From assembly GCF_044704955.1 (NCBI RefSeq), contig NC_091979.1, positions 319,052,001-319,116,000 on the forward strand: a stretch of DNA of 64,000 nucleotides. Reading direction: 5' to 3'. The notes beneath the pieces were generated by a model. The model searched no databases. It was given only the letters and a program-made list of their open reading frames with translations, and was not told the origin of the DNA. Positions within the stretch are counted from its first letter, which is position 1, and every line of letters begins with the position of its first letter. Positions 52,801 through 64,000 of this stretch are shown one piece after another. Source of the DNA: Pristiophorus japonicus. Lineage: Eukaryota. The position numbers and the translations under genes were made by a program.

Positions 52801-53370
52801 ACCTTTATTGCACACATCCCTTATTTCTTGTTTGATGCTGTCCCCAACCTCACTGCTATTATTTGGTGGCCTGTACACAACTCCCACTTGCGTTTTCTGT
52901 CCTTTGGTATTCTGTAGCTCCACCCATACAGATTCCACATCATCCAAGCTAATGTCCTTCCTACAATTGCATTAATTTCCTCTTTAACCAGCAACGCCAT
53001 CCCACCTCCTTTTCCTTTCTGTCTATCCTTCCTAAATACTGAATACCCTTGGATGTTGAGTTCCCAGCCTTGATCACCCTGGAGCCGTGTCTCCATGATG
53101 CCAATCACATCGTATACGTTAACAGCTATCTGTGCAGTTAATTCGTCCACCTTATTCCGAATACTCCTCGCATTGTGGCACAGAGCCTTCAGGCTTGTCT
53201 TTTTAACATACTTTGACCCTTTAGAATTCTGTTGTAAAGTGGCCCTTTTTGTTTTTTGCCTTGGGTTTCTCTGCCCTCCACTTTTACTATTCTCCTTTCT
53301 ATCTTTTGCTTCTGTCTCCATTTTATTCCCCTCTGTCTCCCTGAATAGATTCCCATCCCCCTGCCATATT
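49898..53370. mobile_element. Nested CR1 cluster (minus 49898-50500 and 51200-53370; plus 50503-51195 with a short minus insert at ~50622-50715)
   Basis: APE and RT motifs, and both tail types in opposing orientations. Confidence 0.9.
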
Positions 53371-54339
53371 AATTTACACACTCTGGTGGCATGAAACAAA
53401 CAGAATAAAATACAGTACAACACACAACACTGGCCCATCTGAACAGGCCCCCATCACAAAGTACCCATGACTAAAACACTCCTGTTTGGCTCAATAGGGC
53501 ACCACTGAATCTGTCCAACAGATTGTACATACGCCTATGATCCATGCAGAAACCTCTCCATTAAATCCCTAAGGCTTGGTTGGGACACACAACACCCCTT
53601 CATACCATGCTGTGGTCTTAAGACATGTGTGGGCTGGGATAATGCTCACCAGTTACCCCTCTGGCTTACTCACTGCTTCTCCCGATGAGGGAGGCTCTCT
53701 TTGCTCATAGCTGGTGGTTTCTTCTCTCCGTCCCAGACCGAGTGCTCAGTCCTTGTGTGCGTTGAATGAAACAAGTAAGCTTGGAGGAGGAGAGCGATGG
53801 CTGCAACTGCCGTTTCTCTTATACCTGAAAATACTTCTGAATTCTTCGTGCCAAAATTCAGTCTTTTGCCTGAGGCAGTCCAACTGAAAGAGCAATGAAT
53901 CCTGTGTCTTTGTTACTGGGCCATTCTGGGGATAAAGGCTCCAATGAGTCTGGGTGGCCAAATGGCTTCCTTTGTCCTGAGGTTCCTGTGCTCTGGGGCT
54001 CGCCGTCATTTCGATGGCTTGAGCTCTGACCAATTTACTTGGTCTCTCACTGATGACAAAGGGTCCCATCAGCCATCTTCCTGCAATTTTAGCCATTGAC
54101 CCATCCCCACCCACCTGATGTGTATTCCTGTGGAACATGTATGGACCTATCCCAAGTCCGCTGTCTGCTCTTCTGCAGTAACAGAAAATATGGAAAAGCA
54201 AAAGTCCAAAATTAAAGTACAAAATGTTTTGAAGTCTGTCGATGTTTCCGCCGATTCTTACAATCAGCAATCTCCAAGTGTGTTGCTAATGGTTACTCGA
54301 AGGATATGCTGCTTTAATGCAACCAGAATTAGTCAAATT

Positions 54340-55737
54340 TAGAAAACCATTGGAGTGCTTAAGCAGCGCTTTAGATGCCTGGACCAGTCAGGAGGCGAGC
54401 TCCAAAACCACCCTGAGAAGGTGGCTCAATTCGTGGTGGTGTGCTCCATGCTGCACAACTTGGCTATCAGGAGGGGACAAGAATTGCCTGAAGTGTCTGA
54501 CAGTCCACCTCACCACAGAGAGGAAGAGGAGGACAAGGAGGCAGATGCTGAAATTATGCCAGACAATCAGGCTGGCGCTGAAGCCATGCCCCTGCCCCCC
54601 TGTAAACCGCATGAAAGGGCCCGTGGTGGCATGATAGCTGCAAGAGCCTTAGGTTAGGAGCTCATCAATGAGCGCTTTGCCTGGAAGAATGTTGGTGTTA
54701 TTTACAAGGCTGACACACTGCTGGGTGTGCAGATCATACATCAATGGTGGGCATCATGTTGGTGACAGTTAAAGTTTACATTGATTGAAATTAAGTGTAA
54801 TTATACCCTTTGATGTTAAGGAATCACCAGCATGTAACGGTGCAGCTACCTGAGCCTATGCGCAACTAGGTTTTGTTGAATAAAAATCATTTAAACCACA
54901 CAGTTGTCTGAAATCATCAGTATTTCTGTAAAAAACAATCCTTCCCCTTGCCGTCCTCGCCCCCCCACCCCGCTTTTCCTCCCCACCTCTATCCCTTCCA
55001 CTTCCCCTCTTGACTCCAAGCCGCCTGGCCGAGGAGCTCCTCAGGTGATGCTTCATTGTGGAGGGTTGAGGGGGATGACGGCTGAACTGCTGAGTGGACG
55101 GATACGGGAGAGGACGATCCCAAGGTGGAAATGTGCTCCGAGCCAGAAGCAAGATGTTGATCGTGGCTCTCATGTGTCGTGGCAATGGTGGCGTGGCACC
55201 TTGGGATGCAATGCTGTGCTCCGGGACCACTGGGAGCTCTCTGCCATCAGTGTTTCTGGCTACTAGCTCCAGGGCCTCCACCATCCCTTTCATGTTACAT
55301 CTTATTTGTTGGATAAAAACTCGGTGCCAACAAAGTTCTTGGTGCTTAGTCGGCTCCTTGCTGCTGGTGAATCTCCCTCGTGCCTCCCACAACAGCCAAA
55401 CAAGCCCACACCACAGCCACACACCAGTCCCTCTCAGCTCCCCCTCTCTCTGTCTCCTCTTCTGTGCATGTCATGGTGACCCTTGACCTCCTGAATCGCG
55501 GGAATCGAGCGCTAACATGCCATTGCTAAGGATGATGACACTTTACAGCAGAAGTTCAGAGAGATTTAACGCTACCGTGCATTTCATATCGCTCGCGGTA
55601 ACGCCTAATTTCAAAAATGCTGACTGGTGCTTTGAGAATGGGCGAGAAGCCGACGATCTGAAAACCCTTTCTTACCGCCCACACCGGAAATAACGCCCAT
55701 TTTTGGGCAATATGCACAAAAGTGGAAAATCTAACCC
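54340..55737 (+). mobile_element. Harbinger remnant (transposase 3' end to TIR)
   Basis: IGVLKQRFRCLDQSGGELQ...VVVCSMLHNLAI; terminal gtggaaaatctaaccc TIR. Confidence 0.85.
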
Positions 55738-55742
55738 ATAGT

Positions 55743-58700
55743 GTTTAATCAGACTTTAAGATGGAATATAACACATTAGTTATATTGCAAAAACATACAA
55801 TCATAACAGGTAGCTGATAGATATTCCGTCTTTAGTTCAAAACAATGATTTAAACACAGCATTCGTATCAGTTTTATACATTCATAACAGTTTTATACAT
55901 TTTTCGGTATCCCTGATTTCTAACATATTCCCCTCCTTGAGAGAAAGTTATTTTGATCTCTCATTTCCGTACCTCTACTAACCATGCCAACTCTAGATTT
56001 TGCTAAGGGTGATTCAAAAATTAAGATTTTCCCCTTTCTTACAATCCGTTCCTTTAAACGGGAGAAGCAACCTCTGATCCCTTTCTCAAATTCAATTCAC
56101 TGTTCCGGTGTTCCAATTGTGCCCTGCCTGGGCTATCCTCTGTTTCTTGTATCTCTCCTGATCTTACCCCACCTGGGGTTTCCTCTGTGTTGCTTCACAT
56201 ATTCCCTTTTGTTGTGTTCAATTAATCAAATATCAAATATACTATCATCACAAGTTAGATAATTACCAAGCGTGTGAAATAATTTGAACCTAAGAATGTA
56301 CTGATATATTAGGCCCAATATCCCACCATTCTGAATGTCATACCAATTGCACCACTTAATTGTGCAGCTTATACTGAAGTATCTCATTTACTGTCAGTTT
56401 CACTTCGGTATCGGTTTTGAAAGAGGTTCTGTTAGACCCATAAAACATGCTACAGGAGGCACCATCAAAACCCTCATACTGGATTCATACTGGCTTTTCC
56501 CACGCTCTGTTACCTACAAAACATAATTATTATAGTTACAATTCAGTCTGACAATCAGTAGCACATCAACTAAGTATATACATGTCCAGCAAACATTGAT
56601 GCAGGTAATGAAAACAGACATTGTACAGAAAGCTGAAGTTTAACATCTAATCAACAAGTCATGGACTTAAAAGATTCTCCAAATCTCTATTTTTGTCATT
56701 AATTAGATCGTTTCTCGATGGAGTATGTGTTAATTGTCTCACTTCCCTGAGCCACATTAACCATTTCACATCTTCTGTTGTCAAGTAACTGAGCATGTCT
56801 GAGACCTGTTCGAATGTCTGAAGTAAATGATGACCTCCAGCAGGAGGGTTCGATAACTGATCATTCTTAACTGGTTCTATAAGATAAAACATGCAATATT
56901 TATTCTTTCACGGTTTTCAACTGATTGATATGGTACTATTTAGCCCCCTTGGTCCTCCCCTTTTTCCCCAGGGAATTGCAACAGATAGACCGAAGGACTG
57001 ACCCCGTCAATAATCGGGAATGGGGCCATTCCACCTTGGTTCGAAGCAATGTTGTTGCTTCCCATAGTTTAGTAGCATTACGATATCTCCCACTTGCTGT
57101 TCAAAAGGTCGGAACTGCTTATCGAAGTGTTTCTATGCCTGGCTTCTTGACTTCCCTGTCTGTCTGGCTACATTTCAAGCCATTTTTGGTTGGCAGTTCC
57201 CTGTACTAAGGGTGTAACTGAAGGGGTTAACAGATGGGCTGGCATTCGCATTAGTCGCCCAGTCATAGCTTGGTAGGGTGAAATACCCGTTGTGCTATGC
57301 GGGGTGGATCTAATAACTATCTGGCACATTGACAGCATGCTAGACCATTTGGTGGGGTGATCTGCACCAAATTTGTTTAACATAACTTTCAGAATTCGAT
57401 TTCCTCTTTCCACCATTCCAGATGATTGTGGACGGTGGGAGATGTGAAGTTTATGCAACATACCCATTGTCCGTTGCAGCTCGGTAAAACTTTGTGCGGT
57501 ATCAGCCTGAATTGGCACTCCCTGCCTGCAGCTCACCTCACCCAATAATAGGCGAGCTGCTGTCAATACTGTGTTTGTTTTACATGGAAAAGACTCCATC
57601 CATTTTGTAAACGTATCAACTACAACCAGACAATACCACAACCCAGAAGGTCCTGTAGGCAAGGGCCTATAAAGTCAATTTGAAGGTGAGACCATGGCCC
57701 CTCGGGAGGAGGGGGACTACCCAACAGTGCTCGCTTCATGTGGCACTTGGGTTTTGCTGTAAACAGGGCAGGCAACATTCACTCTATGAGTGACGTCAGT
57801 TACACAATTATGATGCCATGCAAATTTGCGTAGTCTCTGAACAGTTGCATCGGCTGAATAGTGTCCTCCCACCGGGTGTCAGTGGAGGAGATCAAACATT
57901 TTGGGTGCCATGGATGGGGGAACACAGACAACTGGGAGATCAGATGATAGCCACCGCAAGCAGGGCCCATACATTAACAGGAGGGCAGATTTCCCAGACT
58001 GATCTGGAGCCAATTGTGTGTCCACAGCCCATGGAGTGGGCTGAGACAACGGACATCCATCCCGATGCCATGCAATAACAACCGCATAGGGAAGATAACT
58101 GGCCTAGAGACCGGGAGATCGATATCCCCACCTTGAATACTCGGGACAGACCTTAAGGGAGGGGTAGGAGCTTGCCAGAGGTCACCGTTAACGGTGGCAT
58201 CTGTAGCAGCATGATCTGCTTGTGAGTTGCTCCGGGTGTGTAAGTTCAAAGATGCTGAGTGAAACTTCTTCTTACCAACATAAACAGGGGCTGATCGTGT
58301 TCCGAGCATACAGCGATAAAGGTAACAAAGTGTTAATCGCATAGGCACTATCTGGCCAGGCATTAACAGGTATGTCATAAGTAATTTGGATTGCTGTCAC
58401 CAGGGCTGCAACTTCAGCACATTGAGCAGAGTGGGGAATGCATTTATACTTAATTTCTCGGTCAGGCATAACTAATTCAAATCCACTAGGGGTTTTCCAT
58501 TTCTGTGATAGGATGATCCATCAATGTAAACATCCGTGGCATCACCTATTGGAGTAAGAGAGATGGGATGACGGTCGAACTTCAGTGGTGAAAGTGGACA
58601 TTCATGGCTTCTGCCCTCATAAAATACGAGCTGAGGTAGAGTTGTCTGCTTTGGCGTTAATTCCAAATCTCTCTGAGTTAATAGAAGTGTCCAATGACTG

Positions 58701-61700
58701 AGTTGAGCAGAGGAGACCAGCGTGCCCCCCGGTTTAAGTAGAAGATTCAAGGGAGTGTGGGGGCTATGAATGATCGGTTTATTTAAACTGATAATAAACA
58801 AGAATTGTTTGACTGCCCAAAAAGTGGCCAGCAGATGTCACTCACACACAGTAAAATTCTTCTCCACGCCAGTCAAAATACGAGAGGCCTACACAATTGG
58901 CATAAGTTTACTCTGTACCTCTTGACACAAAATGGCACCAAGACTCTGATCGGTGGATCCCATCTCCAGGTGGAAAGGCTGAACTCGGTCAGGCTAATCA
59001 GGCATGTGACTTGCATATCGGCAATTTTAAGGAGGGACACCGCTGTTGTATGTTCGATGATCCAGTCACAGGCCACAGTGTCCTCTTCACCCTTTAATAG
59101 TTCATATAAGGGTTTGGCCAGCTCTGCAAATCTGGGAATGAACGAGCGCTGATATCCCAGCAGACCCAGAAAGGAGAGAAGTGCTGTTTTGGATACGGGC
59201 AATGGTACCTAAAGCATAGCAATCTTATCCTGGTCGGGACTGAGTCCCTTTGGCCCCACAATAACCCCTAAAAATATCACTTCAGGTAGCAACAATTGTG
59301 CCTTTTTGGGATTAATGTTCAACCCAGCTTTCGGAAGAAGGTCTAATAACTCTTCCATGAAGAAAGACTGGATCGACTAGGCTTATATTCACTGGAATTT
59401 AGAAGAATGAGAGGAGATCTCATAGAAGCATATAAAAGTCTGACGGGATTGGACAGGTTAGATACAGGAAGAATGTTCCCGATGTTGGGGAAGTCCAGAA
59501 CCAGGGGTCACAGTCTAAGGATAAGGGGTAAGCCATCTAATACCGAGATGAGGAGAAACTTTTTCACCCAGAGAATTGTGAACCTGTGGAATTCTCTACC
59601 ACAGAAAGTTGTTGAGTCCAGTTCGTTGAATATATTCAAAAGGGAGTTAGATGTGTCCCTTACGACTAAAGGGATCAGGGGGTATGGAGAGAAGGCAGGA
59701 GTGGGGTACTGAAGTTACATGATCAGCCATGATCTTATTAAACGGCGGTGCAGGCTCGAAGGGCCGAATGGCCTACTCCTGCACCTATTTTCGATGTTTC
59801 TATGTTTCAATATGAGTTTGTTTATCAGATGTTGCAAGCAAAAGGTCATCAACATACTGCAGCAGACAGTCAGGTCTCAAAAAAGGGTTTAAGTACCTGA
59901 GCCATCCGTTTGTGGAATATAGTCGGGGCGTTGTGAAAGCCTTGAGGCAAACATGCCCTTCATGTTCCTTTGATCTTCAAAGGTGAAAGCAAACTTGTTC
60001 TGATCCCTTCCCTTGACAGGGATACTCCAGAACCTGGTTGAAATATCAAAGGTGGAGACGTAGCAGCGACCCGGGGGAATTTGGGACAGGAGAATGTGGT
60101 CTCCCGATCAACAGGGGCACAAGCTGGAGTAACCGAATTAAGCTTGCGATAATCAATTGTTAAACGGCAACTATCGTCTAGTTTCCTAACTGGCCAAGTT
60201 GGAGAATTAGTAGTAAAAGTGCCAGTGTGAATAACGACCCAATAGTAGACCCAACATAAGGTTTCCTCTCAGCTGGAATAGCATACTGCTTAACAGGAGG
60301 GTGGGAGGGCCCAATAATCTTCTCCTTTTTTGACATTCTACCACAATCGTGTCTGGATTTAGCAAAAACATCTGAAAATTTACACTCAGCAAATCAACCC
60401 CGGGGTCTTCAGTCCAGGGAAGGGTGAAGTTCTCGGGTTTTTTAATCGTATATACCAAATGGGCATCCGAACAGGCCTCGGTGGTCCCTCACTAAAGTGC
60501 CACCATAAACAATAGTCGAGAACAGCGTGGTGTGTACGTAATGTGTCACTCCCGAGAATTCCTTTCTGGTCATAAGTAGTCAGATAAACGGCAGAGCGAA
60601 CATTAACGGAATCCCCATTGATAGATAGAACAATAGGAATTAACCCCTGATTAGCCACCCGCGTAGCAGCATTAAAACCAGAAAGATTCAGAGCAAGACC
60701 TGAATGGGGCAGGGTCGTGTAAAATAGTCATGGCAGAGCCGGAGTCCATGAGCATGACATGGTGGCGGCCTTCATGATCAATAGTTGGTCTGAAGGGTCT
60801 CGCATCCTCCTGATACCAAATGGGAGAGGAGGAGGAGTTGGTCACTGGTGAGGTTGGTGACCGTCACAGTGTTTGGGAAGGGGTGGATAGTTCTGGCCAT
60901 GTACCCCCACTACGGGAGACAGCTGCCACAGTTTGCCCCCCATTTTATTGTGTTGCATGGTCTCTACCATTGCCGACAAGCACTCCAGTTTCTGTAGCAT
61001 CTGTCTTGAATCCAATCTGCTATCGTCTTGACCTGGAGAATGGTAACGCGGCCCATAATTTGAGCGTCGACTACCTCGACATTCTCGAGAAATGTGACCG
61101 GTTTTTTTTACAGTGAAAGCAAGTCACATCGCGTCTGTCCCTCTCATTGGGAGAGCCCTGTGGTGGTTGGGGATCTGGGTTTAGGGGACCCTCCACCGCT
61201 GAAACCCGAGGTTGAGGTCGAAGGGACTTGCTCGGTCCAGGCTTGAATACAGACTCCCATCAAGTCCACCCACGGGGTCCGTTTATGAACTGCTATTCCC
61301 AGAGCATCTCTTATCCCAGGCAAAAAACCGTTCAGAAACTTCATTTGAATTTCTTAGCTTCATTTGCATCTTGATATCATTGGGCCTTTTCGTATTAGCC
61401 ATATAACCGAGAACGAAAGGAAATAGGGCGCTCATCTGGTGAGCGCATCCCATCAGCTGGTTAAAGTCAATTGAATCCATACCCAGTCGGACGGACACTG
61501 CCTCCAACACATACCACCAATCTCTGTCTGAATCATACACATCCTGGGGAGCACATCCCAAAGGTCCTCGGAGACACATCACAACAAAACCTGTTTTAAA
61601 TCTGCCGTCTCTAATTCAGGATGGCTACGGCGGAACCTGCCCCAGTTACGGGTCAGGGTGATCGGATTCATCCCCAAGATGACGGGTCCCATCGATTCTA

Positions 61701-62880
61701 CGAGTGCCTTTAATTCATCCGGTTTCAGACTTCTGCTAGTAGTGGTGACGCTTTCTCTCGGGGGTTGGTCATATGTCCCGGAGACCTCAGAATTAGTGTC
61801 AAACTCATCTTCATTATCTGCCTGGGCTGTTGTAATAGTGGTAGTGATCAGATTAACCTTCTTTGTCTCTGCCGGGGTGTTCCCTCCTGGATAAGGGGGA
61901 GGGGGCGTGAGGGTCGGGGGCTGTCCTGACAATAAGAATCTTTGTGGGATTATTTCTGTTTAGTCAGGCCTTCCGGGTTAACATTGGGGTCTCCCAGTTT
62001 AGAGCGAGTGATGGCTGCCACAACAGCTGATTGCTTTCCCAGTTTCCCCTGCAATTCTAGTATTTTTAATTCACACTGGGAGTGACCAATGCCCACCGGA
62101 GGGGGGCTTACAAGATACTCTCTGAGAACTCCTCTTGAGTTCCTCAGTTGTGAGGACAAGAGTTTAACCTTGGATTTTAAAGACTGGTTTTGCTCAAAGG
62201 CCTGCTGATGACGTTGTGAAGCCAGTCGGGCTTCCTCTCCTCATGTCGAAGGAAAGAACAGACATTCGCATATCGATCCTGCCAGTCCTGTCATTTTTTT
62301 TCAAGTGAAGTATTTTGTTCTAAGCGCTCGAGTTCTTTCGAGCGGACGGCACACAAGTGGGCCATATTGGGCTGTATATGACTAGCTTCTTTAAGCTTAA
62401 TCTTCTTCTCATTCACTTGGGATGCTATCCCATCCCAGTGCTTGGAGTAACTACACCCCTCCTCTTGGACCACTCTAATAACCTCTTTGGCCCTCTGGAC
62501 CCCGAATTTCTCGGAGAGACTGCTCATGATTTTATGTCTACAATGAGCATCCGTGATTTGTTTTTTGGTTTCCGTGACGAAGCACACCCCCATACGGGGT
62601 TTCCTACCCAGTCGTTCCACCTGATACCCTTTATGACATTTTAGAGCAAGTCTGTCTCCAACTCGTTTCTCCACAATAACCTTTTTACAGTCCTGCCCCC
62701 GAAGCCAATTGGTTGGAAATAGCCAAGTTTAAGGCTATCTCTGGTCCCTTTAATAATCAGGATCAACGGTAAAACCAATCTGGTGGATACATTATATTTA
62801 ATCAGAGTTTAAGACAGAATATAACATATTAGTTATAGAGCAAAAACATACAACCGTAACAGGTAGTTGATACCGATTCC
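55743..62880 (-). mobile_element. Defective retrovirus-like gag-pol element (lokiretrovirus/spuma-related), no env
   Basis: Coiled-coil gag with PPPY and a CFHC..GHISREC knuckle; protease LMDSGS; RT NSPTWPV, LTIDYRKLN, LPQGFHNAP, QYVDDLL; tether plus RNase H YIDGSS; integrase WSHLQIDFIGP, SSGMVER; PPT AAGGAGGGGA; shared LTR segment 55743-55828 vs 62797-62880; PBS-like TGGCTTCGGGGGCAGGA near 62707. Confidence 0.88.
59357..59808 (+). mobile_element. CR1 3' fragment inserted into the retroviral RT
   Basis: ORF 59407-59712; splits the RT between THIE and EELLDLL. Confidence 0.92.
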
Positions 62881-64000
62881 GATCGGACAAAAGGCTGATA
62901 CAAGTGAGCAGTACTCTGGCTTGCTTGCAGTCTCTTTCTCTCGTCTAGATCTTCCTTCGGTAAAGCATGGGATCTCTCTCGAAAAGTGTTCAATCAGCTA
63001 AATTTCTGTTTCGCCCTTCCCTCACACCATCTATACCATCATTCTTCAGGAAGCTACTTTTATTCTATTTTTAGGAGTGGGCCTGACCCTGGATATTGAC
63101 AAGACCGTTTGACCTTTCGAGGTGCCCCTAAAAACTTACTATCCAATAAGCTTTCTAGTTCTTTGTCTCAATTCTTGTTTCAACAACCCGCCTTAAAGAT
63201 GTCTTACAATTTTGGTCACATTTCACTATTTATATCTTATCGAAGTAGCTTTTCTGTGGAATTCCTTTGATACCTCTCTGTCTCTATTCTCCCAGGAACA
63301 ATCACTACACAGCCTTATCCCTCTACTCTTTGAACTATGAAGCTGATGTGGAGTATTACAAAGATGCTCAACACAAGTCTGTTTAGGAGAAAAGATTTGT
63401 TTATTAAGTACTCGATCGAGAGAAAGACAGCTTCTGCACGAGTTCAGTAACTCGGTGATCCAAACTAGCTGTTCTCCTCGAACAAGCGTCAGGTTACTAT
63501 TTTTATAGTAACAGTCAAAATACATACAAAATTATGAAGTTCCGTGTGGAAGCTTTCCATTTGTTGTTTCCCTGCCGCATCACAAAGTTTCGCCTAACTT
63601 TATGATTGCAAATATTAATTAGTTAATACAATTATATTGACAGCAAGCTTCGTTACCTCCCCTGTGCACCTTTTATCTGATAAGTTACGTGCTACATCAT
63701 TCTCAGGTCTGCGCCTCTTGGCTGATCTGCTCTCAACCAGTTGAGATTTTTCTCAATCCGCCTTTGTTTCCCGTAATCGTTTATCACCTCATGTGACCTA
63801 ACCTTGGTCCAACTGTCTGGGTTATACTGTGATAAGGTGATTTATCTTCCTGAGAGTTGGAGTTTTAACATTTTCCCTGTGTTTCGGAGCACGTATTTCT
63901 TTTGTTTCTGACAGCCTTTATTTTTGGTTGTTAACGTTACTTAATTAGGTCCCCTTTGATTAATTAGGTTCCCTCTACTTCATTTTTTTTCTACAGAAGC

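Noticed and set aside
54090-54125. GGWGW motif suggesting SLC16A12, an IFIT neighbour in mammals
   Set aside because: Followed by a stop within a few codons, with no transmembrane continuation.
48190-54660. Host HARBI1/NAIF1 genes
   Set aside because: Fragmented, frameshifted and TIR-associated: transposon remnants.
15154-62880. The env-only and gag-pol elements as two halves of one provirus
   Set aside because: Different LTR and PBS sequences, and the env element has its own TSD; trans-complementation remains only a hypothesis.

Overview
Vertebrate genomic DNA, most likely from a shark (elasmobranch), judged from its CR1/L2/RTE LINEs, DeuSINE/LF-SINE-like SINEs and Harbinger remnants. The window is part of an IFIT antiviral gene cluster. 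One intact two-exon IFIT gene is present: micro-exon ATGAG at 317-321, a ~21.5-kb transposon-filled intron, and exon 2 at 21829-23257, giving 477 aa. A truncated IFIT pseudogene lies at 41654-42390, and an orphan copy of the IFIT 3' flank lies at ~7168-8445. Most of the rest is nested mobile DNA: two Gypsy elements, many CR1 copies, and minisatellites of 28, 30, 54 and 77 bp. The most notable element is a 6.2-kb LTR element inside the IFIT intron (15154-21382, minus strand). It has lost gag-pol but keeps a spliced, paramyxovirus-F-like (lokiretrovirus-type) env. A second, env-less retrovirus-like gag-pol element lies at ~55743-62880. All family assignments come from motif recognition by eye; no database searches were run.
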